A DNA stretch of 64,000 bases. Source: Schizochytrium sp. TIO01. Its lineage: Eukaryota; Protista; Bigyra: Labyrinthulomycetes. The position numbers and the translations under genes were made by a program. Positions 33,979 to 45,305 of this stretch are shown in pieces. The stretch spans positions 3,138,436 to 3,202,435 of the forward strand of contig SMSO01000031.1 in NCBI GenBank assembly GCA_004764695.1, read 5' to 3'. The notes under the pieces are model-generated. The model ran no database searches, had not been told where the DNA came from, and saw nothing but the letters and a program-made list of their open reading frames with translations. Numbering within the stretch: position 1 is the stretch's first letter; every line of letters begins with the position of its first letter.

Positions 33979-36771
33979 ATCGAGTTGAATGAATCAAGCC
34001 TTCAAGAACTAACGCAAAGCCGGCGCATCAAGTCTTCGAGGCTGCAGCAGTCAAGGCAGCGGAGGACCGGCCATGGAGCGGGATGGCAAGCCCCCTGCAG
34101 GTAGGTTAGTTCGTCTCTGCGTGGCAAAAAGGTCCCGAGGATCTAATTCCTTCACGGTCGATCTTCTCTGGGGCGACCTGCTCGCGCCACTGATCAGTAT
34201 TTTCTGCATTTTTTAATTTAATTTAAAATTTAAATTTTAATCTTTTTCCTTATTTGGCAGCTGTGCTTCCTCTACTTTTCCCCTTTCTTTTTTTAGTTTA
34301 ATGCTGTTTATTTAAAAAAAAAAAAAAAACAACGTTACTTCTTGAGTTAAGACTTTTAAATAGAAAAGAGAAGGAAATGAGAAACGTTTTGAATCCCTGG
34401 AAGAAATAACAACAAAAAAAATGCCAAGAAAAACCTCACTGAGTCGCCCCCAAAACTTACTTACTTTTTGTCCACGGGAACGAACGAACACTTTTAAACG
34501 TAGGCGCTCCAGAAAGAACGCCGCAGACGTACGAGGAAGCGCACCTCCTCAATCTGCTAAAAAAACACGCCGCGATAGTCTTTCGGGTGCCCGATACATT
34601 GTCATCACAGATCGGCCTGAACTGTGCGCCATCAATCGAATCGTGAGAGATCAGACCTTCGATTGGACTCGAGATTGATTCCAGCCGCTTATATCAGAAC
34701 TCTTTGATTTTGTAAAATTAATTTTAAAGTAATTTAAAAAACATTTTCAGAAAAGCTTTCAAATTGATAGTGAAATGCCCAATTCTCAAGAAACAAAGAA
34801 GAAGAAGAAGAAAAGAGAGGGTGTGCGAAGCGAAGAAGGCGATCTCCACTTACTCGCCTATGATCTCTTCTTCTCAGTCGGCTGTGCCAAAGCAGCAGCA
34901 GCGATTGTGAACGCACGCCGCTCCTCTATAAAATCAAACACCCACGCAAGGTCTTCCACGTGCTGGATTTGCGTGAACTCGGTCGAAGGCTGCTACTCAT
35001 TCTGCCGTTTTTTTCAAGGTTGCAGGAGTGAACGAACGAGTCGAACGGAGTTTGTTCTTTTAGAAGAAGCAAAACAAATGCCTCGAACACTCAGCACAGC
35101 ACTCTGCTCTGTTCTGCCTGAGGAAGTAAAGAAGCAGCAAGAACCTCACCAGAGCCGGGAACAGGTCCTCGCGGCCAGAGGTATGGCGGTAGCAGGGTGA
35201 ACGCAGGGCAGAGAGGGCCTGTATGGGACGCTTTTCCCACGAGTTTGCAGCGATAATGGACTCTTTCCACGGGTTGAGTGCGCGCATAGAACCTGTGTAG
35301 AATATGAGTGGCAATCATGGTTAACGTTGCTACTTTCTTCTTCTTAAAAAAAAAGAAGAAAAAGTATACGCATATATTTTATGTATTTTATGAACCTGTT
35401 GATTGATTAATTAATCGATTGATTGATTGATTGATTAACATTAAATTAAAAAAAAATAATAAGTAGAAGGGTACACTGATGCATGTTATCGCGATCATTT
35501 CTCCGCTTGATCGAGCCTTGAAGAGAAGGAAAACACAAGTCTCTTCGCGCCTATTATCATTGGAAATTCTCTGCGATGCCGTAATCATTGTTATCGAAAG
35601 AAGTCGTCGGATAGAATTTCGATCTTTAGACCATGGCACAAATCAATAAGTAACCACTTGCCTTTAAGCTTGCCAAAATGATTGCGAGAGACGGCATCTC
35701 TAGCCATTCCAGTATTGATTAGGCAAAATGTTGCCGAGTCTCAACACAATTAATTCTCAAGCTCGGAATCGCTTGAGTGATTTCTAACACGGGTTCAAGG
35801 CTGAGGTGAGACCCGTGTAGTTTCTTCGCCCAAGAAGATCTCGTATCGACAGAACGCATGAGTCAGTCTAAGTTCGAGTCAACCTGGAGGGATCTTATCT
35901 TTCCAAGTGCTTGGTCGAAGAATCTTACCAATTCACTGCTGCTTACGGGGGTGCTGATGCTGGACTAAGCAGTGGATGTATATATGTATGTATGTATGTA
36001 TACCCGACACTGACTGCCTTCTGTTAAATCGCTTTCTCCTACGCCGATTTAGAGCATTTGCCGAGCGAGCAAGCGGTGACACGAGTCTTCTTGACCACTT
36101 TAGACGCCGAACCAAGTTCCTTTCCCTGACAAGTCAATCATTGGGTTTGCGGCAGCTCGCGCTTTCTTGTCAATCTTTATTGCACCTTGGTTGAGTTGCT
36201 TTGAGACCATCGCGGTTCTTGTGCACTGTTCCCGGGAACTCTACGAGGCGAGGAGGGCATTTGACCAAACTGACCGTCGCGTCAAATCCTTTCCGGTTTA
36301 GCCATCCATATCTTCGCTCTCATCAGCTCAAGGAGCGGGAGGGTCTTACAGAGGTTCTTCTACGATACATGAATTCTACTTGTTCGAGGGATCTCCATCT
36401 TGCAAACGCGACTGCGAAGCGTGGACTTCAAAGATGGTGCCGGGATTTAAGGATGGCCAATCTCCAAGTGAGGCAAGCTTACGCAACGCCTGCGAAAAGG
36501 GAACGAACACCAAAAAACCGTGCCACTTGTGAAAGTTGCAGGGTTACACGTGCTGCATTCTCGCAAAGCTTCCACGGACATCTCTTGCCTCAAGCCGCAG
36601 ATTTGATACCTCGAATTTATGCAATGGGCAGATCATCTATCTGCCAGAGCATTGATTGTAATTTGCGTGGGCATTCCCTAAGCACCAGGTCTGCACGAAA
36701 GCAAAGCCACCCGGCTCATTGCCCATTGCAAGCGATGGCTTCCCGGCACCTCGAGTTCCGCCTTCGTTGCA

Positions 36772-36796
36772 CATCATCATCATCATCATCATCATC
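36772..36796. repeat. (CAT)8 microsatellite
   Basis: Read directly from sequence. Confidence 0.9.
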
Positions 36797-37549
36797 CCAA
36801 GAGCGCCTAAGAAGCTTTCCAACGCAGAGCAATCCACCATCAAACCCCAAATGTAATTCATTCCTGGAAGGAAGCCATCGCTTGAAAGTTCTCGGAACTG
36901 CAGCGCGTTCAATCCCCACAGCCACAGAGGAGATATTGCAATTGTGAGCCTTTCGCGAGGACCTCTCCTCTATCCCCCACTGCCTCTCGGGAGGCCCTGT
37001 GACGTTACGAGCCGCCCTCTCTGTGTATCGGCTGAGGCTCTGAGGCGTGGTGTGGACAGCTGCGGGAGGGGAGGAAGGCTCAGAGGGGGCAGAGGGCCGC
37101 CGCCAGCCAGTCAATTACCGGACGGCGTGGCACCTCTGGGGCAGTTTTCCGGGAAGGCAAAGATCGTGCACAATAAGGGCGGTTGGCGGCCAAAAACTGA
37201 GTGCGCCTACTCCGGTGAATAAACGCATCTTCTCCTAACCCACCCGTAGCTGACTCTTATTGCCTCCCTTTCGCGCCTCTCGTACCGCACTTGTAGGCTA
37301 ATGGTTAGGAGGCAAGGTAGGCAGGGGCAGCTACCTACCTAATACTACTTTTAGGACTTCAGCTCTCAGAAGAGAATCACTCTGGTTTCCTTTTTGTTAC
37401 TTGCAACATTAGAGGTTGGTGTTTAAGTTTTAATTTTTAAAGGATTCAAACAGAAATGAATAGTGATGACTCTTTTTACGTATGATGCATTATTTTAATG
37501 TAAACTAAAAAGTGATGATGTTAGGATGTGCTGTGTTTTGATTCATTTC

Positions 37550-37591
37550 AACCAAAGTCAAAGTTTCGATAACCAAAGTCAAAGTTTCGAT
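37550..37591. repeat. Exact 21-bp tandem duplication AACCAAAGTCAAAGTTTCGAT
   Basis: Copies at 37550-37570 and 37571-37591. Confidence 0.85.
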
Positions 37592-40508
37592 ACTTTGGGT
37601 GTCCTGAAGGAAAGAAGAAGAGAGTCTATGGTTGACTCAATGACGTGGAACGAGTGCCGCGAAGAGGCCTCTCTTTCGCGCTTTACTTGTCCACAATACT
37701 CTCTCTCTCTCTCTCTCTCTCTCAGTCTCTCTGTGTGTGTGCATGTCAAAGCTTCGAGTCAAGTGAAGATAAAATGGCACACGATGGATCAAGTTTCAAG
37801 TTCTTTGCCAGTTCCTTCTCTTTCTTTCTTCTTTCCTCTTCCTTTCTCCTTCTTTTATAAATTCTTTTATTTGTTCGAGCTAGCTAGCTTTGTAGCTAGT
37901 AGAGACCAAGTAGTAGTATACGTAGCACTCCCATTCTGATTCTCTCTCATTCCTTCATCATTTTTCATTTCATGATCTAATTATTTCTTTGTTTCTTTGT
38001 TTCTTTGTTTCTTTGTTTAATTGCTCATAAACGTCGTAGGAACTACTAGACCTCCACAGGGAAACAATTGGAAATAAAAAGGTTCCTGCAACTTGCCTCG
38101 GCAGCGGATCCGTGGCTGGCGGCGCAACCGCTTGGCCTCTTAACGCCGCCGAGCCGACTCCAGTCCTCGCTTCGACGCCTCTGCGTGCGATCCTGAGCGT
38201 CTCTCCTCCGGCTCTGATGCCCTTTTCCCTGCGTGGCTCAGGACGCACCGCGCTCCTCGCATCTTCTCCTTCAACCATTCGCATGACCTCTCTCTCTCTC
38301 TTACTATCTATCGCACACCGCACATTCGCCATGGGCATAGTACACCTCTTCCGGTAGTATAATGGTAACGCAATATTATGTTAGGCCTTTTACATTTATG
38401 TGGTTGATATGGTACATGAATGCGTGTATTTTCTGCGACGGCTTCATGAGCCCCGCATTTCGAGAGCGAGGTGATACCTCTGCTAATGCCAACCTGTTGT
38501 AGCAGTCGCTTACGATAAATGGTAGGAGGCGGGGCGCTGACTCTTCGACTCCTGCTTAAAGTTAGTTAGTTGATGTTCTGATGAGGAGGCAAAGGCGACG
38601 ATAGAGAGTCAATCTCTATGACGTTGACGACGATGATAAGCGCTGAAGGGCTGGCTGACTTGAGCCCCATCTGATCACAGAGGCAACGGCCGATGTCTCG
38701 AATTGCTTGGCTTCTTGGTTGAATCCGTTTCGCTTTGGAGAAATAGATAAATGAATAAGTAAATAAATAAATAAATAAATATATATATAAATAAATAAAC
38801 AATCAAGTAAATCGTGAAACCTGGATATCGAAGGGGTTCTTTCGTTTGCAAGGGAAATAAATGATCGTTATAAAGTGAATCAATAAATCAATAAATTAAT
38901 AAATATGAATGTATGCATGTATGTATGTACGCATATGTAGTGAGGTCTGAGAAGCACAGTCACTGGAACCAGAATCGCGGAGAGAACCAGGACCAATCGC
39001 CTGGAATCGCTTACTTACTTGCGAGGCAGGCCGAGCTAATAAATAAGAGCAGACGGCCGCTCGGCCAAGTAGACAGCACTTCCACGGTGCGAGACCAGTA
39101 TTGCGAATTAGCGCAGTGGAAGCATGGATTCATGGCTGCTCGTGCACTGCGCATCGAAGGGGAAAAGCGATGCTGCTATTTCGATCGTCGATCTGTCTGT
39201 GTGGCGGTATATTGCAGAAGATCAAAATTAATGTTTAAAAAAAATAAAAAAGCCCTAAATTGATTTTAGAAGTGAACTTGAATGAGTCGGACTCGGCAGG
39301 AGTGAATATTTTCTATTTTAACTTTGTATAATTTAAAGTAAATAATAAGCAAATGGAGGTTCCTGGGGATTGATCAGTTTGCAAAAGGTGCTGCTGGCTG
39401 GTTTGTTATAGGGAGGCTACGGCCAAGAAGGGTCTCAGTTAGCTTAAGAGGGAAAGAAGAAGCCCTCGCTCGAAGGTTAAAGGATCTTGGATGATTGCAG
39501 AAGAGGCGAAGGGTGGCAATTTGTTTTCTTGGCTGTACGCTTTATTATCAGTTTCACTGAAGGATGCCGCACTTTTCATTTTGTTTTGCTACTCTTCAAC
39601 CTTCAGTATTTTTAATTAAAATGAAACTCTCTCTTACTATTGTAAAACAATTTTTAAGATGAAGAAGAATGAGCGATACGGGCTTTTGTTTAGTCTTCTG
39701 TTTTTAGTTCGTTCCCAGAATTTCAGGTGAGGTTTCGAAAACTCGCTCGGAGGCCTCTCGGAAGGGCCCCAATCGGCCAATAAACCCTCCTTATACCGCC
39801 TCCAGAGTCGTTTTCGAGATTCTGAGGCCGTGCACCGCTCCTCTCCTTCAGGTCGCGAGACGATCTGCGAGTTTTGGAGCCAGAGGCGTCACGCATCAGC
39901 GACGGAGGCGATAAAAGTACGTGCTATTTTTACTTTTATTTTTATTCTTTTTAATGATAGAAAATAGTCTTTCGAAGAGTTTATTTTTTTATTTTCAACA
40001 GCAACAACAACAATAAAAGTAAATGCGAGTGAAAAATTATGTGGTAATGTGAATAGACGTTATTATTTTTTTCTCCTCAAGAAATGTTTAGTTGCAATGG
40101 CTACTTAGCGAAAGAAACCCTTGGCCTGCTCAGCGCAGCGAGCGCTTGGATAGAGCAGCGGCAGCTTCAGTTGCCACTAAACTGCTTTTGATGACTTTTG
40201 TCAACGAGTTTCCTCGTTCAGGGCGGTCTTATGGCGAAAGGTGTTGGTATCAACTTCCTGGGACCATTTAGCTCAGAGACAGAGAGAGAGAATTTCTTCA
40301 TCTTGAAACCTCAAGCATTCTATAGAAAGCGTCATTCATCATTCCTATTATTCTATTTACCCCTGAAAAGCAATTATGATGAAAAAGCAGAGTAAAATAA
40401 ATAAAGTAAATAAAGTAAATAAAATAATGGCAAAAAAAGGAGGGGGTCTTTCTTTCTCTGTCTCGAACCCTGATGGAAAGAAGGGTCAGAACTCAGCGGT
40501 CATTCCAT

Positions 40509-40542
40509 GGCTTCGAGTTGGCTTCGAGTTGGCTTCGAGTTG
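40509..40542. repeat. 11-bp tandem repeat (GGCTTCGAGTT)x3
   Basis: Read directly from sequence. Confidence 0.85.
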
Positions 40543-42016
40543 ATTGAAGAGCTCTCAAAGATGGACACCTCTGAACGAATTTCTTCGCTTCGGTCCTGGA
40601 CAGACACACCGAGACTGTCGAAGTAGCAATGGTTGACACATGCACCTGTCGTTGATGCAGAAGCTCAAGAAGAAGGTCTTGCCTGCTCATCGTACCATAC
40701 CTGCCAAGCGCTCTTGTTCTTCTCTCGCAAGCTGGCTCGTGGCGGATTTGTTTCGTAGATGAATCAAATCTATCCCTCGACCCTTTCAGAACCAGCTGCG
40801 ACGCCCAGGAGGCCACGAGAAGGCCAGCTTTCTAGGGAAGCTTTGGCGAGGGTTGGTTTCATGGCGGCTTCGCAGCCCCGCCTGCGCTGCGAGCTGCAGA
40901 TCCGCAGCATCGTTGGCACCGGGTTCGAGCTCGAGCTTGCGAGGCAACTGAGGTCTTTCACGCACGCGCTTGATTCGCAGCACCGGCGAATGAAATGTCT
41001 GCTGCGAGAGCTTCGAAGGTCTCAGCGTCTGGCTCGGCCTCCAGCGAGGCAAGCTCCTCCGCCTGGAAAGGTTTGTCCTATCGTCGTGGTCGTCTTCGTC
41101 GTCGTCTTTGAAAACGACAAGAACAAGCACGACGGCGATGAGCGCCCGCGTGTCAGATGTCAGCTTCGTCTCTCCGTCTGCGATGATGCTGCTGAGCTGA
41201 CCATGGCGAGCTTCACAACTTTCACTTGCTCGCGCTCGCGAGGCGCCGCAGAGAGAACCTATTTGATCAGCAGCCGACTCGTGGAGGCCTGCCACGAGGA
41301 GATGACGCCCACGGGCTGCGCCACGCTCGCGGTGCGGTTCTGGAGAAGCTGATGTCGAGCGGGTTGCAGGCGTGCTCGCCGTCGTCTTCCTCAGAGCTGT
41401 GGCTTTGCAAGGTGCGCGAAGGTGTAGGCAGCGGAGAGAGGCCTCAAAATCATGGAAGGCGCCGGCAGCTTGGAGGTGCTTCGAGTCTGACCCTGCCGGC
41501 GGAGGCGAAGGGAGGGCGTCAATCACTGCGTGTACCCGGGGCTTGAGAAACAGCTGCAGCGATGCTGTGTTGTCCAAGAACTTGAGGCAGCGGGCGCTTG
41601 CATGGACTGAGTCCCAGGACCAGTGTCGCCACGACTCCAGCTCGCGCGAACGCCCTGCAGCGAGCCGCGCCCTCCTCGTGACAGCGGGTCCCTCTCGCGA
41701 GTCGCGGCGCGGCGCCTGAAGCTCGCAGTTTGAGAAAGAAATGCGCCTGCAAGCTCGGGACGATGGGCGAGACATTTTGAAATCAGGGCGGCGACAGAAT
41801 CGAGGGCATCGTCCGCGCGCGCAGGGATCTCCCAAAGGATCCGCGGCCCTGATTGGGAGCGGCGGTCCTCTCCTCTGCCTGCGTGGTGCCGCCTTCTCCA
41901 AAAGATCCGGGCTTGGTCTCACTCAGCAAGGTGCTCTCCGCGATGAACGCTGCGGGAGCTTAGCTTCGCCGACGCAGCTTGGAACCTTCGTCGGTTTGGA
42001 GCAATCAATAGATCGA

Positions 42017-42017
<1 letters not shown>

Positions 42018-42058
<41 letters not shown>
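42018..42058. repeat. (CAGC)10 microsatellite
   Basis: Read directly from sequence. Confidence 0.92.
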
Positions 42059-44222
42059 GGCCGATTCTGTGCGCTTCGGACTGCCGCGCGGTATCTTGAA
42101 TGGCCAAGTTGGCGGACTTGCCTCGTTGATCTTGCATCCTTTGGGGCGAAGCTGTTGAGTAAAAGAGGAACAGGGACTCCACACAAAAAGATCCGTTGAG
42201 GTGCTTCTTGCGCAGAGCGTTATTACCAGCTGATGAGAGATGTACTCCAGGATCTTGCGCTTACACCTGCAAGGCGTACAGAAGAAAAGAGCCACGGCGG
42301 GAGGGAGGTTGTGGGAGCTCTATTTTGCAGCGTGGTATCTGCGAGACAGCGAGCCGAGAGAAAGCTGGAGGCTGCTCCATAGGCTCATGAGCAAGGCATG
42401 AAGAGAAAAGAAGAGCAGGCGGTTCATGATTCTGAAAAAATAATACCGTACCTACATTTTTATGCTTAATATTTAATATTTATTTTTTCATATAATTAAA
42501 TTAGTTGCACAGAATAAAGAAAGGAGTACATTTTATTTAATTTATTTTTGAAAGGAACGAAGAGCTTCGGGTTCACAGAGTTTGATGAACAGCAAAATGG
42601 GTGTCTTTCTCACAAGTAGCGTCAGACTCCAACAAAAACACAAACATGAAAGCAAACTTTCTCAGAAACAAGGAATCCATTCATCACAAAGTTTCTGAGC
42701 GAGCGAAGGATCTCAAGGTTATATAAAACCTTCCCCAGTTCTTCAGCAAAAGGACTTCTGTAACCTTCGACTGACTAGCGATTTATCGCATACCTTCTTT
42801 TCATTATATTATTAGTTTAATTTTAAAACGTTTCTGTATTTTTTTTTTTTATAAAGATTAAATCAAACAATGATCATCCTGATACTTATAAACATGTTTT
42901 CTTTGAAAACCTAAAACAATGGGAACAATGACTCTGAAATGAGGCATTCCAATATTTCATAATCTTTCAAATCAACCCTTTCTTTTAAAACCGCATCTCT
43001 TCTTTAACAAAGTACCCCTACTAAAAGGTTAACTAGGCTTACACCAAACTACGGGTTGTGCAGTCTGCACCCCCTCCATCGTTGCAATTGAAAGAAAACA
43101 CACTTGCTTCCAAAACCAGACAGACAAGGGACTATTTTACTGTGTCTCCTCCTGAGAAAGACACAGAGAGAGAGAGACCTGTCAAATCGGTGCGAAATGA
43201 AAATCAGAGAAAGCCTGGGGACGCAGCCTTCGCGTCCCACACTGCAGATGCACCTTCGGGACAGGATGGATATGTCTAAGGAACTGCCGTGGAAGAAGGC
43301 TCAAGAAGCGAGGCGGAACAGTGGCGTGTGGATACCGGACGCGGCGCATTCTTACAGGACCCGGAGGGCGTTCTTGCTCTCTTCTGTGAAAGCTTCCTTT
43401 CTTTCCTGCGCGGTTCTAGAACTCGAGAGGCGAGGAGCAAGCTGCGCTGCTGGTTTAAGCGTGGCTGGCCGGCGCAGCGCAGGCCTTGAGCCGCACCCCG
43501 AGCGGCTTAGCGAAGGATGCTGCGGCCAGCCCATCCATCGGCTGCCGGAGCCAGGAGGTTGGTTCCAAAGAGAGAGAGATGACGACGATGTTGCGGCACA
43601 GAAGAAAGAAGGAGGAGTCAACCGCCTGTCTAGTAACTGCTAGCAATGTGCTAGCTGAGGAAGAGAAGCTAACAAAAAGGGATGTTTGTTTTGCTTTTTA
43701 TTTTTGTTTTTGTTTTGTTTTGTTTTGCTTTGTTTTGCTTTGCTTTGCTTTGTTTTTAATTGATGGAATGGAAGGAGGAGTGTTTTATTTTTTAAGTTGA
43801 AAAGAGGCTGGGACTAGGCGGAGATAGAGGTAATGGGTAGGATGGAAGGAGATTTAAAAGTGTTGTGGTTTTTTTTACTGTTTTTGTTTGTTTTCATTAA
43901 AAATCTATCTGTAGGAATCATTAAATGTAAGAAGGATGATCCTACTGTTCACTCGAATTGAGGATCAACTCCGCTGCATGGCCGTGCATGAGCAAGCAAA
44001 CCCCAAACCCGGAGTCCAAATTCCGGAAAGCAAACCCCAAACTCAAAGCAACCCAGGAAGCGAGTCTCGATCGGCACACGATCGTTGACACGACCCAAAG
44101 TCCCCTCTCTGCTTCTTGCAAGTAAGCTCAAGAAGCAATCTACCTCCAAGGTCTCACCACGGAGAGACCAGCTTAACACAGAGCAGAACCAAAACTACAA
44201 AGAATAACTCTGCTTCTTCAAG

Positions 44223-45305
44223 ATGCTCGGAGTCTTGACAAGACGTGCCATGCCCGCCGTGGCTACCGCCACCGCCCCTGCCGCGTGCGGTTTTGGTGGC
44301 TTGAGTCTTCGCACTCAGGCTGCTGCCGCCGCAACCTCAAGGTTTACATCCACAATGGCAGAAGCTCGCCAGCGCTCCCGTTTGGAAAAGCGCAAGTCTC
44401 TCAGGAGAGCTTCCAATGACGCCAACGTTCCCGCTGCCGGCAAGAAGAGCAGTGCAATCTTCCTTGGTGGAGGCAAGATGGCAGAAGCTATGATCTCGGG
44501 TCTTGTGAACCCCGCTGAAGGCATCCCTAAGACTTTTGAAGTCTCCGCTGTGGACCCCTCAAAGGCCCGCAGAGATATCTTGACTACAGATTACAACATT
44601 GACACGTACGAGAACATCAGCTCTGCAGCTGAAGCCATCAAGGCCGCTGACCTTGTCATCCTCGCCGTTAAGCCGCGAACTGTGAATACCGTCTTTCAGC
44701 AAATCAAGAACGTTGTACCCAAGGAAAACCGTAACTTCACCGCCATCTCTATCGTCGCTGGCCTTACCATGGATCGCATGCGTAAGGGTCTCGAAATCGA
44801 AAAGGTCTGCCGTAGTATGCCCAACACCCCGTCAACCATTGGCGAGGGTATGACTGTTTGGACCTGTGACCCCAGCGTTGACGATAGCACTGAGAAGAAG
44901 ATTAGCTCTCTCTTTGAGGCCTGCGGAGAGCAGGAGCGTGTTGATGACGAGGACATCCTTGATAGCTCTACCGCTATCAGCGGCAGTGGCCCGGCCTTCT
45001 TTTTAATTCTTCAGGAAGCGATGGTGGACAGTGGTGTGCACATGGGACTTCCTCGTGACCTTGCCACCCGCCTTGTTGAGCAGACCATGATTGGTACTGC
45101 CCACTACTCCTCTCTCTCTAAGAACCCTGTGACCATCCTCCGTAACGATATCACCTCCCCGGGTGGCACCACTTCCGAGGCTCTCTTTCACCTTGAGCGC
45201 GGTGCATTACGTACGGTTGTCTCTGATGCCTGCTGGGCTGCCTTCCGTAAGAGCCGTGCTCTTGGTGGCAAGGAGTCCGACATTGGCCCCGAGATCAACC
45301 GCTAA
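44223..45305 (+). CDS. proC: Pyrroline-5-carboxylate reductase with probable mitochondrial presequence
   Basis: 360 aa. IFLGGGKMAEAM, ILAVKP, ISIVAG, RSMPNTP, TAISGSGPAF, ITSPGGTT. The first ~45 aa are Ala/Arg/Thr-rich and acid-free. Confidence 0.96.
   Translation: MLGVLTRRAMPAVATATAPAACGFGGLSLRTQAAAAATSRFTSTMAEARQRSRLEKRKSLRRASNDANVPAAGKKSSAIFLGGGKMAEAMISGLVNPAEGIPKTFEVSAVDPSKARRDILTTDYNIDTYENISSAAEAIKAADLVILAVKPRTVNTVFQQIKNVVPKENRNFTAISIVAGLTMDRMRKGLEIEKVCRSMPNTPSTIGEGMTVWTCDPSVDDSTEKKISSLFEACGEQERVDDEDILDSSTAISGSGPAFFLILQEAMVDSGVHMGLPRDLATRLVEQTMIGTAHYSSLSKNPVTILRNDITSPGGTTSEALFHLERGALRTVVSDACWAAFRKSRALGGKESDIGPEINR

Noticed and set aside
35787-35882. 8-bp hairpin ACACGGGT/ACCCGTGT and B-box-like GTTCGAGTC
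   Set aside because: No cloverleaf or A-box; consistent with chance.
36201-36947. 248-aa plus-strand ORF
   Set aside because: TTG start, Arg/Ser-rich composition typical of non-coding frames, no motif.
37232-37311. 9-bp inverted repeat CTCCTAACC/GGTTAGGAG
   Set aside because: Too short, with no target-site duplication or second copy to support a MITE or structured RNA.
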